The translations under genes and the position numbers were made by a program. The notes under the pieces were generated by a model. It was not told where the DNA came from. It saw only the letters and a program-made list of their open reading frames with translations, and searched no databases. Below are positions 28,908 through 40,844 of a stretch of DNA of 64,000 bases, piece by piece. Position 1 is the stretch's first letter; every line of letters starts with the position of its first letter. This DNA is from Haliotis rubra (lineage: Eukaryota): contig NW_025766447.1 in NCBI RefSeq assembly GCF_003918875.1, positions 930,001-994,000 on the forward strand, in the 5' to 3' direction.

Positions 28908-29649
28908 TTATCATATAATGTCATTTGTAACATTACTCTAAAAAAAAAAAGTAGCAAATCGCACGTGAATTATTATGAAGAGAATCGAGCATTTGCGTAA
29001 GAATACTTAGCGGTACAACAAGGTGAAGGTCGTTCATGACGGCGGCATATGGTTGTGACTAGTCTCTAATATAGTGCAAACATAACTCATGCTTAAAATA
29101 AGACCTTTCTTCCTAAAAAGAACAACAAAATCGGGCATGGTTTTTAAAGGCAGTGTTTCTATTTTCATTGCGGGCAATCACCTCATCAATATCAGTTTCT
29201 GATATCTGCTTTGTTGTGATCGATAGATCGAAATCCTTTCTTAGATGATCGCCTTTCACTCGTGTCTCATAATCCGTACATTCAATCTGAACGCAGTTTC
29301 ATGTTTTCCAAAGTCAATTACTGCAGTAACGACTCCAAAACCTCTGTCATCAATTCTTACAGAATCACCAATGTTGATAATGGGGGCAGCCATGTTTGTT
29401 TACAAACTCGTCCACGCAATGTAAAACAATAAAATGTTGACGTTTTAGGATTCGCATGGCGTGTATGGAGTTTTGTGAAAGTAGTTCGTGGATTGACGTA
29501 TTTTGCATAGTTATCAGATTTGAATACTAAGTTTATCAGATTGCTGTATTGGACCGATAACACCCTCCATTAGATGATAATCTAAAATATGCTTCCACGA
29601 TAAACAACGAGGAGAGTTCTATGTATACACAACTTCTTTAATGTAATAT

Positions 29650-29692
29650 GAGCGACATTTCGGTGTAGCTATTAACACCGTTATCAAGCAAT
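29650..29692 (-). ncRNA. Minimal hammerhead-ribozyme-like motif with U3-A8 variant core (Penelope-like terminal repeat remnant?)
   Basis: Minus strand reads GC-UUGAUAA-C-GGUGU-UAAUAGCU-ACACC-GAAA-UG-UC-GC: core, perfect 5-bp stem II, GAAA and GUC. Confidence 0.5.
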
Positions 29693-30004
29693 TGAGGTGG
29701 CAGTATCATGTCGATAACGTGGATGAAAGACCAGGATTCAGCTGGGATGCAGAGCTGGTGACTCTTGGTCTACGCTTCTCGGGCTATCTTGGGTTGTATC
29801 GTCTGTAGTGATGCTGGTCAATGCTGCCGTACCTTGATATGACTTACACTCACAGACCTGAAAAAAGGACTCTCCACCTTCAAGACGTTCCAGGGCAGCA
29901 TTTATTCTCGGCTTTTTCTACCTTCCAGTAAGTCTACAAATGTATGTCAAAATGCAGACGTATCTTTGACCTTACAGTCAGTGTCACTGCACATGATTGC
30001 TAAC

Positions 30005-30215
30005 CGTGAAACTCCTGGTTAGAATTGGTCTTCAGCATCCAATGCTTGTCATAAGAGGCAACTAACGGGATCGCCTGACCAGACAGGCTCGCTAAATGTT
30101 CGTGATGTTTATCACAAGATTTTGTGTGGTCCAGACTCGATTATTTACACACCGCCGTTATGCAGCTGGGCACTTGCTGATTGTGGCGTTCATCAACAAA
30201 CAAACAAACAAACAA
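30005..30215 (+). mobile_element. SINE family B, internally deleted copy
   Basis: GGTTAGAATTGGTCTTCAG...GTCCAGACTCGATTATTTAC...GGCGTT plus (AAAC)n tail. Confidence 0.75.
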
Positions 30216-30307
30216 GAACATGATTGTCCACTCTACGATTCACAGTTCTATACACAATAAAATATCATTATAACGAACACAAAGGGACCACAGATTTTAT
30301 TTCGTTA

Positions 30308-30752
30308 TAACCGTAGTTCGTCATACGCAGTGACCGCTCCGGGTTTGTTGTGTTCGTCAGTCCGTTTTAACCGTAGTTTCATACGCAGTGACCGCCCCGG
30401 GTTTATTGTGTTTGTTGTTTTCGTCATACGCAGTGACCGCCCCGGGTTTGTTGTGTTCGTCAGTTCGTTTTAACCGTAGTTTCATACGCAGTGACCGCCC
30501 CGGGTTTGTTGTGTTCGTCAGTTCGTTTTAACCGTAGTTTCATACGCAGTGACCGCCCCGGGTTTGTTGTGTTCGTCAGTTATTTTAACCGTAGTTTCAT
30601 ACGCAGTGACCGCCCCGGGTTTGTTGTGTTCGTCAGTTCGTTTTAACCGTAGTTTCATACGCAGTGACCGCCCCGGGTTTGTTGTGTTGGTCAGCTCGTT
30701 TTAACCGTAGTTTCATACGCAGTGACCGCCCCGGGTTTCAACCGTAGTTTCA
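30308..30752. repeat. ~58-bp minisatellite x~8
   Basis: CGCAGTGACCGCCCCGGGTTT recurs at ~58-bp spacing. Confidence 0.93.
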
Positions 30753-30787
30753 TAAACACTAACGCGTGTTCATGAAACAAGGTGCAA

Positions 30788-31232
30788 CTGTCTTTATCTC
30801 CCGGGCAGCACTGTTCTTGAGGTCCGACTCTCTTTATCTCCCAGATGGGATAAAAATCCGGAGGTCCGACTGTCTTTATCTCCCGGGTGGTACTGTTCTT
30901 GAGGTCCGACTCTCTTTATCTCCCAGATGGAATTAAAATCCGGAGGTCCGACTGTCTTTATCTCCCGGGTGGTACTGTTCTTGAGGTCCGACTATCTTTA
31001 TCTCCCAGATTGAATTAAAATCCGGAGGTCCGACTGTCATCATCTCCCGGGTGGTACTGTTCTTGAGGTCCGACTCTCTTTATCTCCCAGATTGAATTAA
31101 AATCCAGAGGTCCGACTGTCATCATCTCCCGGGTGGTACTGTTCTTGAGGTCCGACTATCTTTATCTCGCTGATGGAATTAAAATCCGGAGGTCCGACTG
31201 CCATCATCTCCCTGGCGGTACTGTTCTTGAGG
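30788..31232. repeat. ~83-bp dimeric minisatellite of alternating 41/42-bp subunits
   Basis: GAGGTCCGAC recurs every 41-42 bp, with two alternating downstream variants. Confidence 0.9.
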
Positions 31233-31585
31233 CCGTTTGGCACTGGCCCAAAGACCACCATTTGATCATCAGCATCTCAATCTGGTGCCATCTTTGAAGT
31301 TGCTTGAAGTATGGACATACATCGGTATCAGGTAGTTCATGACCACTGTGTGGAGCCAGCCCACATATCGCCGCTGCAACAATGGAACCAGTGGACACAC
31401 ACTCAGGTCAACTACATCAATATAAACCAGGCGCGAGAGTTTTGTCAGGAAGCAAATCGATCTCGGAGAAAGCTAAAAGTTGAATATTCAGTAATGCTGA
31501 GAGTGTTGCTTTCCTGTGCATTCAGAAAATATTCCATTACTGGTCAGTCTCTCTAATACCAGACAAACCAGTGGTCTATATTATG

Positions 31586-31586
<1 letters not shown>

Positions 31587-31636
<50 letters not shown>
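31587..31636. repeat. (AC)n microsatellite
   Basis: Directly visible. Confidence 0.95.
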
Positions 31637-31637
<1 letters not shown>

Positions 31638-33237
31638 GGGTACTTCAGCCGAAGGCACCTTCACGTAAGGAATCGTTACATCATTGACAGTATGAGATAA
31701 CAGCTCGTTGAATTGCATCAAAATCAGAACATGACGTTTGCCATTACACTTTGACGTGAAACTATATACTAGTTTTATATGCAGCACCGTCGGGGATGTT
31801 TTAGGTTCTCAACATAATTATCAGAATATCATGCCAATCAGACTGCTCACTATTAGCGGCGGGTCGTTGACGTGACAAATTGAATCGCAAATCTGAACGG
31901 CATCACCTGAAATGCAAGTGAGCTCGTGTCAATGATGACATCACCCGGCTGGGTGCGATGTCATGAAACAAATGCATATGCTCGTTCGTGTGCATTTGTT
32001 TAGAAAGTGAATGTAAGAATATCTGTGTGTAAAGTGTATGGGCTGGTGTTCACGAGTGTCTCTGTGTATGTGTTGAGTGGACTACTGAACCCAGCAACGC
32101 TTTAACCCGCAGGCCATTTTGTCTGTGTTCAGTCGAGACGGGCAATCATTCACAGACCAAAACCCAGCTCCATTCCTGTGGTGACAACATGGGCAAGATA
32201 TGTTTGAATTCTTATATTGAACCATGATGACTTGCGACTGTTCACGTCTAGCGAGGACACCGCCTGATCTATCTGACATTCGCTACACGCACTCACACAA
32301 TTCCCTAAACCTCTGTAGTCGCCATGACGACGTTGCGGCCCCATTACACTTCCTTAACAGGGTGATAAGGTTCAACATATTGAAGTTAGTTGTTATTATC
32401 ATGTTTTCACCAATAGAAACACCAATCCTCGCCCTGCGTGACCCGGTGCCACCCCAACCGATCCGCTTACCAGTGATGTCTCGTCGATACGTGACTAGAA
32501 CGAGACTTGTAGAACATTATCCACCCCCCTTCATCATTATCTCCCCGACATGTTTTTAGCAGCTCTTGAGATTATGATACATCCGGGTTATCACACGAGG
32601 GCAGACGACACATCAAAGACTATGGCCGCGCAAACAAATGACAAGAAATGATTGACGTCTGCTTCAAAGTGACGTTTAACTAAGCGACTAGGACCTGCGA
32701 GAAACATCTCGCGGTGGCCTAGACATTCAACCGCATATTCGCTCACAACACACACAAATCACCAAGGAGTTGTGTGTAGAGAAAGAAAGAAACAAACCGA
32801 CTGATCGCGTGCTGGTAGGTGGTGATAAAACCAGATGGATGGCCGTAACTGTAGCACACGTACAGGTTATCATCTGATGGGCACACCATATACACCACTC
32901 GTTCTCACGGGCTACAGAATGCCATACTGGGGCTATCTTACTGTCAAGGACGGTTCATGTCATACGCCCATCTCATTAACCCTTCGTGAACCTGGACTTG
33001 CAGAAGCGAGAACCAACCTCTGATATGGACAGGCACAAGGCTGAAGGAAACGCAGTGTCCGATATATAGAATCCAACAAGGTTTCATGGAACCGCGAGGA
33101 CAAATGACCGTTCTAATCACATCCTGATGCATGATGTCAGTCACTCTTGCCAGTTGCGAATCATGTCGCCATCAGACATTCTACCTCCGCTGTGTTGTGA
33201 CGGCGGCTAAGGATGCCACTGGTGTAATCATAGGGTA

Positions 33238-33349
33238 CAGGGCCCCGATCCACAGAGCGTTCGTAACGCTACGTCATTCGTAAGCCTATGATAAACTATA
33301 GAGTTACGACAGGTCGTAATGTTACGACGCTTTGTGGATCGGGGTCCTG
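33238..33349. mobile_element. Short MITE (possibly PIF/Harbinger-like)
   Basis: TIRs CAGGGCCCCGATCCACAGAGCG / CGCTTTGTGGATCGGGGTCCTG. A related remnant end (CGCTTTGTGAAGGGGGCCCAG) lies at ~2060-2080. Confidence 0.7.
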
Positions 33350-33556
33350 CTCTCTACAGCTTATATGTTTTTTTTGAGAGTTGAACACTGTATTTTTTCA
33401 ATGAACCAACAAAATCGATACAGTCAGTTCACACTATTTGTATTTGTAAAATCCATACAGAAACGGTATATAACAACGTCACTCTGTGGTTTTAATCGGA
33501 TCAGATCAACAAAATAATCGAGACATTCTGACTGTCCGACAAATACAAATGTCTGG

Positions 33557-34131
33557 TCACTCGGACTGGGATTCGCTGGAGTTTAACCCCTCACCTTTCA
33601 TTCTCACCAGACGCGGGGAGCGGGAACGACGCGTTTTACTTCCCCGGCTGTGTCTTTTTGCGGAGCTACTTTTCGAGTAGTTCCTTGGCCTACATAACAG
33701 CGGCAGCAGACGACTGGGGAAACTGGATTGGCTAGTCAATGTGTCATCGTCTGCTATGACATCCTGACCACTTCGACCTGCAGGTGATGTCACTGGCTCC
33801 GTGTGTTTGGAGCCATGTCGGAGGCTGTTTTTCGTGTACATGGGCATTCTCGAGGAATGGCTGGAGAATGTCTTCACGTTGGGAGACGCCGAGGAGTTTT
33901 TGTTACGGCCCCCAACTCGGGAGGGGCAGCTTATTGCGTCTCGGAGAGACACTTGGGACTGATCCGACAGGTCAGCAGCAGAATCCGAATGCTGCTTCTC
34001 CCTCCGGGACTTGAGATACAGTTCCGCTAGACTCCGGATAGAGCTCCGGGCCTTGGCCACGGAACTGCTCCTAGACAGACTCCTTAATATGTTTCGCAAC
34101 TCTTCTCTGTTCTCCTTTTTCTCAGCCTCAC
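33557..34131 (-). CDS. WSC-domain membrane protein, last coding exon (Ser/Arg-rich cytoplasmic tail)
   Basis: Acceptor TTGTAG| at 34132, phase 1. Reads (G)EAEKKENREELRNILRSLSRSSS...SESQSE* in frame with ORF 33557..34099. Confidence 0.75.
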
Positions 34132-34144
34132 CTACAACACATAT

Positions 34145-34145
<1 letters not shown>

Positions 34146-34184
<39 letters not shown>
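34146..34184. repeat. (ATC)n microsatellite
   Basis: Directly visible, next to the acceptor site. Confidence 0.95.
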
Positions 34185-34348
34185 CCTTAAACTGGACGTG
34201 ATATTTATGTTTATTGATCATCAGATCAGTAGGTAAGCGGCCGGTGGTCACACCAAACATATGGGTTCGATTTCTCAACATAGGTGCCGTAGGTACCAAG
34301 TCAGCATACGGTCCTCGGATAATGCGACAAGCAAGGGGTACAAACGAT

Positions 34349-34605
34349 CAGGCCCTGATTTCTCGAAACAAACTTAAGTTTTTACTCAAATTCCAAACTG
34401 AGTTTGACAATTTGAAACACCTAAATTTTTAACGCAACAATATTTTTATAGATAAAAAAACCCAAGTTAAGTAATTTATCCACCAAACTCAAATTGTCTA
34501 CTATGTTTGAATTTAATATCGATTTCAGTTGATTCTCTGAAATGCATTTCCTGCGGGGTTTTTTAAAATTTGAGTCAAAACTCAGTTTCGAGAAATCGGG
34601 GCCTG
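34349..34605. mobile_element. Intronic MITE
   Basis: TIRs CAGGCCCTGATTTCTCGAAAC / GTTTCGAGAAATCGGGGCCTG, extending to ACTCAAATT / AATTTGAGT. Confidence 0.75.
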
Positions 34606-34711
34606 TTCAACACGAGGTAGATCATACATACTCACTGCATATACATACTCACAAAGGTGTACATACTCACTGCATATATCTTCGTCTACTGAGGATGCAT
34701 AACTTAACCAC

Positions 34712-34959
34712 CTGCGGATTTCAACTTACATTTGTTTAAATATTGATTGACCTTCGCATTAAAAGATCTTCGGTGTGTGGGTTCAATGTCAAGGTCATTC
34801 AAAAGTTCATCGTATTCAAGGTCGTCCTGTTGTTTGCCATAGCAACAACAGAAGAAGCTGAGGCAGAGTTCGTTGCTAATTGCGACTGTACTGGGAGGTG
34901 GAATCGCGTCGGTCTCGCCTCGTTTCAGCTGGGCAATGTACACTTTGAGAAGACGGGAC
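34712..34959 (-). CDS. WSC-domain membrane protein, cytoplasmic exon with Cys cluster
   Basis: Acceptor CTTCCAG|, donor GCAG|GTGGTT, phases 2/1 compatible with both neighbours. Reads SRLLKVYIAQLKRGE...LCLSFFCCCYGKQQDDLEYDELL...KSA. Confidence 0.72.
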
Positions 34960-35499
34960 CTGGAAGTACAGGGAGTGGTGCCGGAACATTTACCTGTCTA
35001 TTACACCGAACAGTATATACTCACTGGCTAACAGTCAAAGGTAGCCAGTACACAAACTGAGAAATATTTCAATGCGACTGTTTTCAAGGAATTAAAAACA
35101 AATACTGTATCGGGAATAGGATGTCATTAAGATCTTGTTATTTCATTTGCTAATATATATAAATATAGATAAACTGGTTACATGATTCGAAATTTGTTGA
35201 AATATAATTTTAAACGATGCAAAGAGGCTACTGTGTCACCTTCAGCCCAGCCAATATCATCACAGAAAAAGATGGGTATGAATGATACATGCGTGTGAGG
35301 CATTATATGAACAGACTACTGCTAGCTGTATGCAACAGGATGTAACCCATGTTAAGACCCGGGCCTACTACACAGTATACACTGCCTTGGGGAAACAAGT
35401 ATTACGGTTGGCAATGCTCTTAAATGCTCTCTTTTTTCAAATTACATAAATGAGTCACTGCGGAATCGAAACCAACTTACCCAGTTACCCAACTTCTCA

Positions 35500-35812
35500 T
35501 ACATATAGTTTCCTAGTTACATACCCGGTGTTTCAAAGTAACATACCCAGCAGTTCACGGTAACATACCCAGCGTTTCATAGCAACATAAATAGTGCTTC
35601 TTGGTGACATACCCAGAGGTTCACGGTAACATACCCATCGTTTCATAGCAACGTAAAGAGTGTTTCTAGGTAACATACCCAGAGGTTCACGGTAACATAC
35701 CCAGAGTATCATAGCAACGTAAAGATTGTTTCCATGTAACATACCCAGAGGTTCACAGTAACATAAAAAGTGTTTCTAGGTAATACACACCGAGCGTTTC
35801 ATAGTAACATAC
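35500..35812. repeat. Degenerate tandem repeat (GGTAACATACCCAGAGGTTCAC core)
   Basis: Repeated TAACATACCCAG motifs at ~22/63-bp periodicity. Confidence 0.75.
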
Positions 35813-37214
35813 CAAATGATTAATTATATCATGTCTAGTTAAAATTGTGTGTGTGAATGCAGGCCCTGCTCATGTCTGTGAATAAATATAGCTGGGAGTA
35901 TACTGAAGGCAACCTTCAAAGTTGACTGGCTTCAGACAGTTCATTGGTGGGTATGAGGACAGAAGGTATGTGGGCCGTCTTATCTAGGAAGTACCTTGGA
36001 GGAGAATGTGTTGTCGGTTAATGACCCTCCCTATCTGAGGGTTCTACAGATAGGGGGATGCACTGCCACATCGGGGACACACCTCAAATGGAGGTATGCA
36101 GTATTTATAGCGAAAGGTATCTAAACAAAAGTACAACAGCAGTATATTGATTTTCATTCATATCTTCCCATCCTTCTCATCTGTATTCCCGCTCATGCAT
36201 GCACAGCCACCTCCACATTATCGACCACTAACACGTCCCAAACATAATCATTTATTAAACCACTTCAATAATTGAGTTGACGTGCGCGTTACCGTAAGCT
36301 AGATACCCTTCTGTTCGCTGTCTATGTAAGGGAACTATCTTCACTTGCACGACATGTGGCTTAAAAACGGGCTCTACACCACTAATCGCCTGACACTGCA
36401 GTTGCTTCATTGAGGGACAGTTGCACGATTTCCTCGTCAGTTATATTAATTTAAAAACCACTAGCAGAGCACAGGGGAGATAACTCACGCTCCATCGTGA
36501 ATGTGGTTTTCATTTTGTCAGTTTCGGCTTAAAACGGGTTTTACTAATTTCGACACCTTTCTACTGTTGTTTTTCCAACTGCTGTTTAATGTACTATACT
36601 ACATACGTCCACTAGTAAGCCAGCAGGTGTCCGGGCGACTCAGCGACCCAACACCTTTGCTGATCAGGTGTAATCAGGTGTGCATCCTGATTCATTTAAT
36701 GGTAAATTATGGCACCAGCTCCTGGAGGACACCGTCGCACATGTCCTGAATTGCGAAAGTAATTTAGCTACCTTGGTGAACACGACTGGCAATATCTCAA
36801 GGTGAGTGAGTGAGCTTAGTTTCACAATTCATAGATCAACAGCATGACAATCGATCTACGCAGTTTGGATACGATGACATAATATCTTAAAGATGCCAAA
36901 CAGGCATGTCTGCTGAGGTTTCCGTTTAGGAAAAGAAAATGAACTCCCAAGACATCATCTTGTCTCTTTTACGATATTCCACCATTTTCCATTCAGGTAA
37001 TATGTTTGCATACAGAAAAAAACCCAGCATAACGTGTACTTGTTACACCCCTAGGTTTGCTAAAAAATCCTAAAATCTAGTACTCACATTCATCATTTGT
37101 CACAAACTGTTTGACAAGATAAATAGACCTGTACCCTCACTGGAAGGCTTCTACCCAGCTCTCCACCCCTCCCCACCCTCCTCCTGCTCCTCCTCCTCAT
37201 CATCACAACCTCAC

Positions 37215-37350
37215 CTTTTTCTGGACACCCGGGCGCAGTGTACGATGATCGCTAGCAGGGTCACCGCTGCCCCCACCACGCCTCCCAGGAGAAGCAGCTG
37301 GTTGAGGCTTCCTGTGAACTCTTTACTTGCAGACCTTGCACGGACACCAT
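37215..37350 (-). CDS. WSC-domain membrane protein, transmembrane exon
   Basis: Acceptor GATCTAG|, donor AAAG|GTGAGG. Reads DGVRARSASKEFTGSLNQ-LLLLGGVVGAAVTLLAIIV-HCARVSRK, a hydrophobic helix followed by a basic stop-transfer segment. Confidence 0.8.
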
Positions 37351-37574
37351 CTAGATCACAGGCAGTAAGTTCGGGCATTAACATTTAGAACACAGTAACA
37401 ATGTACACTTTGAGGACGAACTACTTTTTCATTTTTTTAGGTGCCAGCTATTTTCACTTTAACCTCAGGTTTTCATCTGTTCACCTCAAAACTAGATACC
37501 TTGAATTGGTGATACAAGCTGTTGATGTCTCTCCACTGTGTATGTGACTTCTAGAACACCGCCCGACTCTGTGG

Positions 37575-37636
37575 TCTAGTACACAGAGCGTCTACCTGAG
37601 GGCGGAGGTTTCGATACTCATCAGCACACTACAGAC
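37575..37636 (-). ncRNA. Type I hammerhead-ribozyme-like motif in an intron, sense orientation
   Basis: AGUGUG-CUGAUGA-G-UAU-C-GAAA-CCU-(8 nt)-AGG-UA-GACGCU: canonical core, 1-bp stem II, stem III, GUA triplet, and stem I with a G.G mismatch at its base. Confidence 0.5.
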
Positions 37637-38567
37637 AAACTCTGGTATCGATGGTACTTGTTGTTCCCCTGCATTACGCTCGACAAGAGGGCCCACGCCC
37701 GTGCCTCACGCGCGCACACGCACAAACACACACACACGCACGCACGCACGCACGCACACACACACGTGTGGATGCAACGTTTACCCCTACTTTACCTTCC
37801 CTCCTTGACCAAACCAAACCAAAACCTCTCTTTAACTCGACTGCTGTACCTTCTTTGTCTGTAGATTGTCCAGAATCACCCAGCAGGCCATGATTGGTCG
37901 GAGGTGCATCTGTAGTCAAATACATGTACATTAGTACATACAATACAGCCGTTCAAAAAGCATCTCAAAAGCTACCAATTTTTCAAAATTGATACCACAA
38001 AAAACCTATGCTTCATCGGCTTACGAAGTTCGTGACAAATGGTGTGGTCTAAGGGAGGCAACTCTCCTGAACTTATCTCCTATAATGGAAACGGTGGCTT
38101 TGCACGCAGTCTGTGTACTGTGTACTATGGTTGGTCTGATCTGATTCCAACCTCGACCACGCGTGTAATGTTTGGTAACACTGCGGGTATTTTCTAAAGA
38201 GATACCTTCACGACACTTTTGAATATTTAAAGTCGCAGGACTGAACAGTTTAAACAAACCCTAAAAATTATGATGTAAATGGTCCGAAGTATGGTCGACA
38301 GGTAGGAGAATATCAGAGTTCGACTTCATAAAGCTGTTTTCCGTGTTCATAGTTTATCTAGGGATCATAACACACAGCCCATCATTTGATGACCACGGCC
38401 TCTTGTGATTCCTGATAACCATAATTACAAGACCCCTAGGAACTAGAACCAAATCCTTATTGTAGCATCAAGATGCTGAACACAATGACATGCCCATGCA
38501 CCAATGACAAACGACCAGAAACAAACTTGTTCAAGGCATACATTTGTCACAACGACTTGAAGCATAC

Positions 38568-38700
38568 CTAAAACATAAAATATCGCTAGGTCTGGTTCGC
38601 CACACCTCCCCCTGTCGTCGCACGGACTGGTGCATTGCTTTATGGGAACGCGAATGGAATCTTTCAGCCGGTGACCGCATCCGCACATCTGATAGTACAG
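38568..38700 (-). CDS. WSC-domain membrane protein, WSC C-terminal half
   Basis: Acceptor TTCCAG|, donor TTAG|GTATGC. LYYQMCGCGHRLKDSIRVPIKQCTSPCDDRGRCGEPDLAIFYVL has the CxCG...CxxPC...CG pattern of WSC. Confidence 0.82.
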
Positions 38701-38723
38701 CTGGAACAAGATTTAGTTTTAAT

Positions 38724-38965
38724 GAGTGAGCGAGTGAGTCGGTGGGTGAGGGAGTTAGCGAGTGAGTCGGTGGGTGAGGTAGTGAGCGAGTGAGTCGGTG
38801 GGTGAGAAAGTGAGCGAGTGAGTCGGTGGGTGAGAAAGTGAGCGAGTGAGTCGGTGGGTGAGGGAGTGAGCGAGTGAGTCGATGGGTTAGAAAGTGAGCG
38901 AGTGAGTCGGTGGGTTAGAAAGTGAGCGAGTGAGTTGGTGAATGAGCAAGAGAGCGAGTGAGTGG
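38724..38965. repeat. 28-bp tandem repeat (GTGAGCGAGTGAGTCGGTGGGTGAGRRA)
   Basis: About 8 copies. Confidence 0.9.
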
Positions 38966-39094
38966 GTTGGCAAGATTACTGTACAACCCTTGCTTGATTC
39001 AAAGGAATGAAAATATTCACATTTGCACTGGTGGAACAACATTCCTTAGAGAAAAGGTGATTAAAATGAAACAAACAATAACAAATTGAATAAC

Positions 39095-39245
39095 GCTGGC
39101 TGATGTTTCATATTGACATAACTCGTATCCCTATTGCGTGGTTCGATGTTTATAATGTCTGGTCCAGACACGGTAATTTACAGACCGCACGACCGTCATA
39201 TCGCTGGAACATTGATAGGGGCGGCGTTTAAAACAGTCAGACAAA
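39095..39245 (+). mobile_element. SINE family B, diverged 3' fragment
   Basis: TGTCTGGTCCAGAC...TTTACAGACCGC...GCTGGAACATTG...GGCGTTTAAAAC. Confidence 0.6.
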
Positions 39246-39400
39246 TCAGAATATTGTTAAGCTGCAAAATAACACATTAAATATGATAGAAAAGAGATAT
39301 TCAATTTTTTATCATCTCTTAATGTTTCATCACTTTAAACATTTTCCTTTATTGCAATTATCATTATAAATGTAACGTATTTGTGCGCAGAATGGCATAC

Positions 39401-39540
39401 CTGGATCGCTGCGAAGGTATATTTCCCCTTACTGCAGAGTGTCACACACCAACCATGGCCGGTTCCTTGATTATCAAATGGCCGTTGTGTGTAGCTCTTG
39501 AGAAGGACCGATTTGGACGGTTTGAAGCATCCAAGTTGTA
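39401..39540 (-). CDS. WSC-domain membrane protein, WSC N-terminal half
   Basis: Acceptor TTGCAG|, donor CAG|GTATGC. QLGCFKPSKSVLL...WCVTLCSKGKYTFAAIQ matches WSC LGC(Y/F)...CxxxC...YxFAxxQ and joins in phase 0 to 38700. Confidence 0.82.
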
Positions 39541-40032
39541 CTGCAACCAAGTGGGTTGCACTTACACCACACTTATTTAAAAGTATTTGTGTCAAGTATG
39601 TTTGATAGAGAATACGTTTACAAAGGCAGCATCACAAACTAGAAGACATTTGGCGTTCCCAGCATTATGTGAGTTGGTTTCACGTTACCTTTAGCAATAT
39701 TTCAGCAACATTACTGTACGTAAACCAGAAATGGGTTTCACACAGAGTAACCTGGACCTGGGAGAGTGAACACTTTATCTTCAACCTAGTCTTCCCCTCT
39801 ACATACATTTACTGTATATTAATGTTGTTAATTACCTGTTAATCAGTGTTACACTATTCGCAATTGCACTGTTACACCCAAATTGATAGGAACGGTAAAG
39901 GCAATATATAGACAAACATACCAGACGATACGTATAATAATACACATAATAGATTAAACCACGACCATTTAAAACATAATGTTTATTACAATTATACTGG
40001 GTCTGTAATTACTGCCTTTCTGAAACATGTCT

Positions 40033-40844
40033 CAGTCTAAGTAAACTTAGTCTCAGTACTATTCGTTACACTCCTCTACTGAGTCTAACAAACCCTAGTG
40101 GGAATTCGCGTCAGGTAACCTTTGAGATTGACCAATCAGAACACAGCTTACCAAATTGCGAAGGTGGACATTCGCACATATCTTTTTGAACTTTTACCTC
40201 GAAAAGGTTTTGTACCCGAACGATTCCGAATGCTATTTTCCGTACGATCGCTTCCGGGTGATGCACATGGAGCACGCTACAAGACCGTCAACAGTGAGTA
40301 AACAGTCGCTGAAAATAGCGTTTTTGTCAATATTCAAGGGTGTCAGCTTCGGAAATATTAGCTAATGGTAACCATGTAATTAGAAAGCCCTAAGCGTATA
40401 TACTGCAGGTCAAATATCTGTGTTTTATGCGAATTGTCGTTTGTTGAGAGATTAGTGTCAGTGACTGGGGAATTTTGTAAGTCCCGCCGAACCCTATACA
40501 GTAGCCGTTGTCTGATTGGTTAAATCCGTTCGGCCGTCTCGCGTTTGATTGGACGGTCATAGGTCGCTCAAAGGTTTCCTGACGCGACCTCCTACTAGTG
40601 TTTGTTAGATTCAGGGGGCCGTGGGGTAGCCTAGTGGTTAAAGCGTTTGCTCGTCACGCCGAAGACCCGGGTTCGAATCCCCACATGGGTACAATGTGTG
40701 AAGCCCATTCATGGTGTCCCCCGCCGTGATATTGCTGGAATATTGCTAAAAATGGCGTAAAACCAAACTCAGTCAGTCAGTCAGTCAGTTAGATTCAGTG
40801 TAGGAGTGTAACGAATAATACTGAGACTAAGTTTACTTAGACTG
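40033..40844. mobile_element. Non-autonomous DNA transposon with ~95-bp TIRs and 10-bp TSD (Mutator/MULE-like)
   Basis: Left end CAGTCTAAGTAAACTTAGTCTCAGTA... and right end ...TACTGAGACTAAGTTTACTTAGACTG. TSD AAACATGTCT at 40023-40032 and 40845-40854. Confidence 0.88.
40615..40788 (+). mobile_element. tRNA-derived SINE family A, full length, nested in the right TIR of the MITE
   Basis: A box TAGCCTAGTGG, B box GGTTCGAATCC, (CAGT)n tail and TSD TTAGATTCAG on both sides. Confidence 0.92.

Noticed and set aside
40615-40690. tRNA gene
   Set aside because: It has A and B boxes but continues into a SINE body with a tail and TSD, and several dispersed copies exist.
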